This document shows positions 33,325 through 37,756 of a stretch of 37,756 nt of DNA, piece by piece. Under the pieces are notes generated by a model, which saw only the letters and a list, made by a program, of their open reading frames with translations, had not been told where the DNA came from and ran no database searches. The DNA is from an uncultured Pirellulales bacterium (GTDB lineage: Bacteria; Planctomycetota; Phycisphaerae; Sedimentisphaerales; Anaerobacaceae). Location of the stretch: positions 1-37,756 of the forward strand of contig CAZMWN010000002.1 of NCBI GenBank assembly GCA_964569935.1, written 5' to 3'. Both the position numbers and the translations under genes were made by a program. Each line of letters begins with the position of its first letter. Within the stretch, counting starts at the first letter, position 1.

Positions 33325-33936
33325 ATGACAGAGCAATTACTTGCCAAAAAAGAAGTTCAAGAGATAACTCAGGAACGTGACAATTTGATTGTTAGGGCGA
33401 ACAATCATATAGTTGATAATCAGGACAACGCAGAGGAAGCAAATACAATTCTTGTTGCTATAAACAACGGCCTGAAAAACATAGAAGCAAAGAGAAAGTC
33501 CTTTACATCGCCTTTAAATCAATCTCTCAAAGAGATAAATGCCACATTCAAGAATCTTGTTGCACCTATCGAATTAGCAAAATCGGCATTATCTAAACGC
33601 CTTATGGATTGGCGGACAGCAGAACAAAAGAGAATCAGAGAGGAGCAGGAAAAAGCTCAAAGAGAAGAAGAACGCCGCCGAAAGATTCAGGGAGCCCATG
33701 CTGCCAAAGGACATAAAGTCAGTGAGGAAATAACACCTGTCGAAAAACCAGTTCCTTTTGCTATGAAAGATACTACAAAGACAAGAACTATATGGGCGCA
33801 CGAAATCATAGATGAAAATATTATACCAAGACGATATCTAAGCGTAAACACTTCGGCCATCACAAAGGCAGTGCGTGAAGGCGTTAGAGATATTCCTGGC
33901 GTGAAAATATTTCAGAAAGAAATTCCAATATTCTAA
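33325..33936 (+). CDS. coiled-coil protein of the recombination module (function unknown)
   Basis: 203 aa with GGGAG RBS. It sits between the exonuclease and the annealase. I recall a weak resemblance to Gp157/Gam-type accessory proteins but cannot verify it. Confidence 0.5.
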   Translation: MTEQLLAKKEVQEITQERDNLIVRANNHIVDNQDNAEEANTILVAINNGLKNIEAKRKSFTSPLNQSLKEINATFKNLVAPIELAKSALSKRLMDWRTAEQKRIREEQEKAQREEERRRKIQGAHAAKGHKVSEEITPVEKPVPFAMKDTTKTRTIWAHEIIDENIIPRRYLSVNTSAITKAVREGVRDIPGVKIFQKEIPIF

Positions 33937-33947
33937 AAGGTGAAATT

Positions 33948-34613
33948 ATGATAGAGAAAAGTGAAAACATAACAAATCTTGCAGCAGCTTTATTAAAGGC
34001 TCAAAAGGCCATTGGTATTGCTATTAAAAATGAGAAAAATCCTTATTTCAAGAGCAATTACGCTGACCTAAAAGCAGTAATAGAGGCTGTCAAAGAACCA
34101 TTAAACGATAATGCAATATCTTTTCTTCAAGCTGTCAATGTTCGCAATGGTAGCGAATTGCCTGTAATTGAAACGATGCTCTTGCATGAAAGTGGACAAT
34201 ATCTTAATTCTGTGACGCCAGTATTTTGCTCAAAGCCTAATGATCCACAGGCTTTTGGTTCAGGTGTAACTTATTCAAAGAGATATGCTTTGCAAGCCAT
34301 TCTCGGATTGCCAACGGCGGATGACGATGCTGAGAAAGCTATGGCACGAGGGAAAAAAGAAAGTCCAAAACCACCGGAAACTGATATAACAGAATTGATA
34401 AATGCAGCTTATGAAACTTATACAACTATGGTTAAGGATGATATAGCTGATGGTTTCTATATAAATCCCAAAAAATTCAAAGATGCGGTTAGGGAACAGT
34501 TCAAAAAGTTGACACCAGCTAAGCGTAAGAAGTTTGAATGGACTTCGGAGAGCGTTGCCGGGTTGGTAAAAAATATCAAATCGGCTGATGTATTTTCAGA
34601 AATTGGTAAATAA
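33948..34613 (+). CDS. erf: ERF-family single-strand annealing protein
   Basis: 221 aa. Motifs seen: NLAAALLKAQKAI, NPYFKSNYADLKAVIEAVKEPL and GSGVTYSKRYALQAILGL. Confidence 0.7.
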   Translation: MIEKSENITNLAAALLKAQKAIGIAIKNEKNPYFKSNYADLKAVIEAVKEPLNDNAISFLQAVNVRNGSELPVIETMLLHESGQYLNSVTPVFCSKPNDPQAFGSGVTYSKRYALQAILGLPTADDDAEKAMARGKKESPKPPETDITELINAAYETYTTMVKDDIADGFYINPKKFKDAVREQFKKLTPAKRKKFEWTSESVAGLVKNIKSADVFSEIGK

Positions 34614-35041
34614 TGGAATTTCCAGTAATTGATATTATTGAAGGACAACCGACTTTTGAAGTTCCACTTTCAGAAATATTAAGTAATTGCAAAAAGGGCG
34701 GCGCAATTAAGGTTCTTAATCCGCTTGAATATATAACCGAAAGACAGAGACGTTGGTATAAAGGTGTAGCTATTCCTGCGTTAGTTAAGTGGGACGAAAA
34801 CGGAGAGACCGCTGAATGGTGGGACACTGAACTTAAAAAGGAATGTGGTGGTCTTGCTTATCTAAAAAAAGAGATATTCTTCTTCGATGATATGGCGGGC
34901 AGTCGTTTTGGGGTAGGCAGGCTTACAACTAAAGGGGTTGGTAAAAAAAACATGACCAACTTCATCGAAGAAATATTATCTAAAGCGATTACAAAGGGAT
35001 GGCCTATTTCTGCGCCAGACCCGGATTTACGAAAAAAATAA
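34613..35041 (+). CDS. ninB: NinB/Orf-like recombination mediator (putative)
   Basis: 142 aa with TAATG coupling. ERQRRWYKGVAIPAL and GRLTTKGVGKKNMTNFIEEILSKAITKGWPISAPDP fit the NinB pattern as I recall it. Confidence 0.45.
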   Translation: MEFPVIDIIEGQPTFEVPLSEILSNCKKGGAIKVLNPLEYITERQRRWYKGVAIPALVKWDENGETAEWWDTELKKECGGLAYLKKEIFFFDDMAGSRFGVGRLTTKGVGKKNMTNFIEEILSKAITKGWPISAPDPDLRKK

Positions 35042-35049
35042 ATATAATA

Positions 35050-35077
35050 TTGACAACTTATAGTGAATGGAGATAAT
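35050..35077 (+). promoter_or_regulatory. sigma70-type promoter upstream of the HNH-AP2 gene
   Basis: TTGACA (35050-35055), a 16-nt spacer, then GATAAT (35072-35077). Confidence 0.45.
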
Positions 35078-35189
35078 AGTAATCGCTATGCAAAGTAAAC
35101 AGAGAAACAGAATAGGCCGAAGGCAACTCAGGACACATATAGTCCCTTTGCATAGCAACTTTGGCCTGTTCTTTTTGAAGGATTTAGCG

Positions 35190-35666
35190 ATGAAGAAGAT
35201 TCCACTCACGCAAGGCCAAGTAGCATTAGTCGATGATGAAGATTATGAATATCTTTGTAAATCGAAGTGGTGTGCTTTTTATTCTCACGGTAGATATTAT
35301 GCAGTAAGAACGGTATGGGAAAATAAGCGAAACAAAATAATATTGATGCACAGACAAATATTGAACCCGCCTAAAGGTAAAGAGGTTGACCATATAAATC
35401 ACAATGGGCTTGATAATAGAAAAAAAAATATAAGAATCGCAACAAGGTCGCAGAATAACCAAAACCAAAGAAAATGCACGCGTAATACTACAAGCAAATA
35501 TAAAGGTGTGTCTTGGGATAAGAAAACTAATAAATGGATATCTTATATTAAAATAAACTGTAAGCGGACTGTCATTGGCTATTATCATAACGAAATATTC
35601 GCTGCGGGAAAATATGATGAATGGGCACGTAAATGCTTTGGCTCTTTTGCAAACACTAATTTTTAA
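35190..35666 (+). CDS. HNH endonuclease with AP2 DNA-binding domain (free-standing homing endonuclease)
   Basis: 158 aa from ATG 35190, with GAAGGA RBS. The HNH motif is MHRQIL...VDHINHNGLDNRKKNIRIATRSQNNQN. The AP2 motif is SKYKGVSWDKKTNKWISYI...GYYHNEIFAAGKYDEWARKCFG. Confidence 0.75.
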   Translation: MKKIPLTQGQVALVDDEDYEYLCKSKWCAFYSHGRYYAVRTVWENKRNKIILMHRQILNPPKGKEVDHINHNGLDNRKKNIRIATRSQNNQNQRKCTRNTTSKYKGVSWDKKTNKWISYIKINCKRTVIGYYHNEIFAAGKYDEWARKCFGSFANTNF

Positions 35667-35676
35667 GGAAAAAATA

Positions 35677-36045
35677 ATGCCAAACTACAACAAAGTTATA
35701 ATGATAGGACACTTAACGAGAGAACCTCTATTGTCATATACACCAAGCCAAATGGCAGTTTGTGATATAGGGATAGCAACAAACCACAAATACAAAGACA
35801 AAGAAGATGTGTGTTTTATTGATTGTGTTGCTTTTGGGAATTCGGCCGAAAATATCAATAAATTTTTCGCAAAAGGCAGGGCAATTCTGGTCGAAGGTAG
35901 ATTATCACTTGACCAATGGACGGAACAGGATGGAACAAAACGCCAAAGGCATAAGATTATAATAGAAAGATGGAGCTTTGCGGATAGTCAGGAACAGACA
36001 GAACCGCCACGAACAGACATAAAAGACGATGACATACCTTTCTAA
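35677..36045 (+). CDS. ssb: single-stranded DNA-binding protein
   Basis: 122 aa from ATG 35677. It has an OB-fold pattern (VIMIGHLTREP...ILVEGRLSLDQW) and the bacterial-type acidic tail DDDIPF. Confidence 0.85.
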   Translation: MPNYNKVIMIGHLTREPLLSYTPSQMAVCDIGIATNHKYKDKEDVCFIDCVAFGNSAENINKFFAKGRAILVEGRLSLDQWTEQDGTKRQRHKIIIERWSFADSQEQTEPPRTDIKDDDIPF

Positions 36046-36060
36046 AGGAGTATTGGATTA

Positions 36061-36474
36061 ATGGCTAAAGACATATCATTTACTATTCCAGGGAATCCAA
36101 AAGCTTTGAAACGCCACAGGCGAATAAAGAAAAGCACTCTGCATTATGATCCTTCCGCAAAAGATAAGGATATTTTCCTTGCTATAGCTTATAAACACAG
36201 ACCGGATAAGCCAATAGATTCTCCGATTAGTATTGACGTTAATTGTTATTTTCAGAGACCAAAAAGCCATTATAGAACTGGCAAATATTCTCATTTATTA
36301 AAACCGAATTTCCCTATATATCATATATCTACACCTGATTGTGATAATCTTGTCAAATTCATTTGCGATGCCCTTAACGGCGTATTTTGGAGAGATGATA
36401 GATATATTTATTCAGTATTCATACAAAAATTATACGACACAGTTCCGAGAACAGAGATAAAGATTCATGGATGA
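36061..36474 (+). CDS. rusA: RusA-family Holliday junction resolvase
   Basis: 137 aa with AAGGAG RBS. The motif PDCDNLVKFICDALNGVFWRDDRYI is present. Confidence 0.75.
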   Translation: MAKDISFTIPGNPKALKRHRRIKKSTLHYDPSAKDKDIFLAIAYKHRPDKPIDSPISIDVNCYFQRPKSHYRTGKYSHLLKPNFPIYHISTPDCDNLVKFICDALNGVFWRDDRYIYSVFIQKLYDTVPRTEIKIHG

Positions 36475-36733
36475 TAGAACAAGAGAATTAGCTTTCAAAA
36501 TGGGGCACGGGTATTGTATGTGTTCTCCTAACTGCCCTAAAAAAGCTGAGGAAATACATCACAAACTGAGAAATTCAAAATTGAATAAAAGACTTTTTCC
36601 TTTATTCATACATAGTATTTTCAATCTATGTCCCGTAAATCACGGTTGTCACATGAGCGGTTTAGTACCAAGAATAAAACAGGCCGAAGCTCAAATATAC
36701 GAAGAATGGCTAAGATTATTCAAGGAGCAATAA
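36467..36733 (+). CDS. small HNH-motif nuclease
   Basis: 88 aa with the pattern CMCSPNC...EEIHHKL...NLCPVNHGCH. Confidence 0.55.
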   Translation: MDDRTRELAFKMGHGYCMCSPNCPKKAEEIHHKLRNSKLNKRLFPLFIHSIFNLCPVNHGCHMSGLVPRIKQAEAQIYEEWLRLFKEQ

Positions 36734-37254
36734 TGTTTCCAGTATTCAGAGGCAAGACAGAAGAAGGCGAATGGGTGAAAGGTGACTTAATTCAAGCCGA
36801 ACACACATATATTCTGACTAAAGAGAACAAATATAACATGGTTGTTTCTTATGAATATGATTGTCATTGCCATTTTGTTGAAGTCATCCCATCATCTATC
36901 GCCATGTCCACAGATCTCTTTGATAGAACTAAGTGGGATGAACTAAAAACTAACGAACAACAACAATGGCTTAATTCTAACAAAACCCAAAAAGACTGGC
37001 ATGGCAAGGAGATATTCAGCTCTATACCCATAAACGGAGTGATGTCAAAGGGCGGTGATATAGTTGATATACCTTATGTTGACCCAATTGGCAAATTACA
37101 TAGAGATACTTCGGATTATGTAGCACTTATTACATTTGAAAAAGGTTGTTTTATGGCCAAACATCTACCACTTTCACATTGGATAGATGAAAAAGGTATT
37201 GCTGTTGTTGAAATTATGGATACAGCCTTTGACAATCCGGAGCTACTGAAATAA
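36733..37254 (+). CDS. YopX-like protein
   Basis: 173 aa from ATG 36733 (TAATG overlap, AAGGAG at 36722-36727). N-terminus MFPVFRGKTEEGEWVKGDL matches the YopX signature as I recall it. Confidence 0.5.
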   Translation: MFPVFRGKTEEGEWVKGDLIQAEHTYILTKENKYNMVVSYEYDCHCHFVEVIPSSIAMSTDLFDRTKWDELKTNEQQQWLNSNKTQKDWHGKEIFSSIPINGVMSKGGDIVDIPYVDPIGKLHRDTSDYVALITFEKGCFMAKHLPLSHWIDEKGIAVVEIMDTAFDNPELLK

Positions 37255-37406
37255 TGTTGAATTTACAGCTTAAAAAGAATCAATGGATTGTATTTAAGAA
37301 CAGCAAAGATGGCACTATCATTAAAATAAAGAGGCATGAATCACAATACAGACTTGCCATTGATGCTCCCAGGCACATTGAGATAAGCCGAGAAATAATA
37401 AAATAA
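37254..37406 (+). CDS. csrA: CsrA-family RNA-binding protein (short form)
   Basis: 50 aa read by hand: MLNLQLKKNQWIVFKNSKDGTIIKIKRHESQYRLAIDAPRHIEISREIIK. YRLAIDAPRHIEISREII parallels VKLGIDAPKHIDIHRKEIY of B. subtilis CsrA. TAATG coupling to the previous gene. Confidence 0.6.
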   Translation: MLNLQLKKNQWIVFKNSKDGTIIKIKRHESQYRLAIDAPRHIEISREIIK

Positions 37407-37442
37407 TGGCATTAAATCACTTGACGCACCAAAGGAGTAAAT

Positions 37443-37673
37443 ATGAGTGATATAAACAGGGAAGAAGAAAGATTTATGGATGATGAACCATTATTTGGCG
37501 AAGAGCCTTCCTGTCATTATTGCCTTGGGGAAGGTTATATTTATTTAGATATGGATATGATAGACGACCCAATAAATATGTGCGATTGGGCAAGCGGCGT
37601 CGAATTAGGTGATATTGTCAAATGTACTTGTTGTGGTGGAAGTGGGTTAGCAAAAGACTGTAAATGGTGGTGA
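37443..37673 (+). CDS. small protein with two DnaJ-type CxxCxGxG zinc-finger motifs
   Basis: 76 aa with AAGGAG RBS. The motifs are CHYCLGEG and CTCCGGSG. Confidence 0.6.
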   Translation: MSDINREEERFMDDEPLFGEEPSCHYCLGEGYIYLDMDMIDDPINMCDWASGVELGDIVKCTCCGGSGLAKDCKWW

Positions 37674-37718
37674 GTGAAGTATATCAATGCCTTTTTTTTG
37701 CCCAGTAAAGGAGTAAAA

Positions 37719-37756
37719 ATGAAAATTTTAAAAGTTCAATGGAAACCAATGAGGGA
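37719..37756 (+). CDS. 5' end of a further ORF running off the window
   Basis: ATG at 37719 with AAGGAG about 8 nt upstream. Only about 12 codons are visible. Confidence 0.35.
   Translation, partial: MKILKVQWKPMR

Overview
This window looks like most of a tailed dsDNA phage genome with a podovirus-type layout. Every gene except one is on the + strand.

Late/virion module (0.1-27.4 kb):
- a small basic ORF, the portal, four small ORFs, a scaffold protein, the major capsid protein and a Bbp16-like cement protein
- an ~11 kb block of acidic, repeat-rich fibre/adhesin-like proteins, nearly all starting with Sec-type signal peptides
- an adaptor-position protein and a 1002-aa tail-tubular-B/nozzle-like protein with an inserted discoidin-like domain
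- three internal-virion/ejection-type proteins (194, 516 and 1368 aa); the largest carries a canonical J-domain with an HPD motif

Early module (27.4-37.7 kb):
- a lone minus-strand RHH regulator with divergent promoters and a palindromic operator, then a structured leader
- a stand-alone Topo VI-A/Spo11-like (Mini-A type) protein and several small ORFs
- a ~0.9 kb ORF-free, helix-dense segment that I call a candidate giant ncRNA, followed by an interrupted tRNA-like element
- a recombination module: YqaJ exonuclease, ERF annealase, NinB-like protein, HNH-AP2 homing endonuclease, SSB and RusA
- a small HNH protein, then YopX-like, CsrA-like and DnaJ-type zinc-finger proteins

I recognised no terminase, integrase, polymerase, endolysin, reverse transcriptase, CRISPR array or rRNA. 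All family assignments come from motif recognition by eye on the supplied translations, not from database searches.
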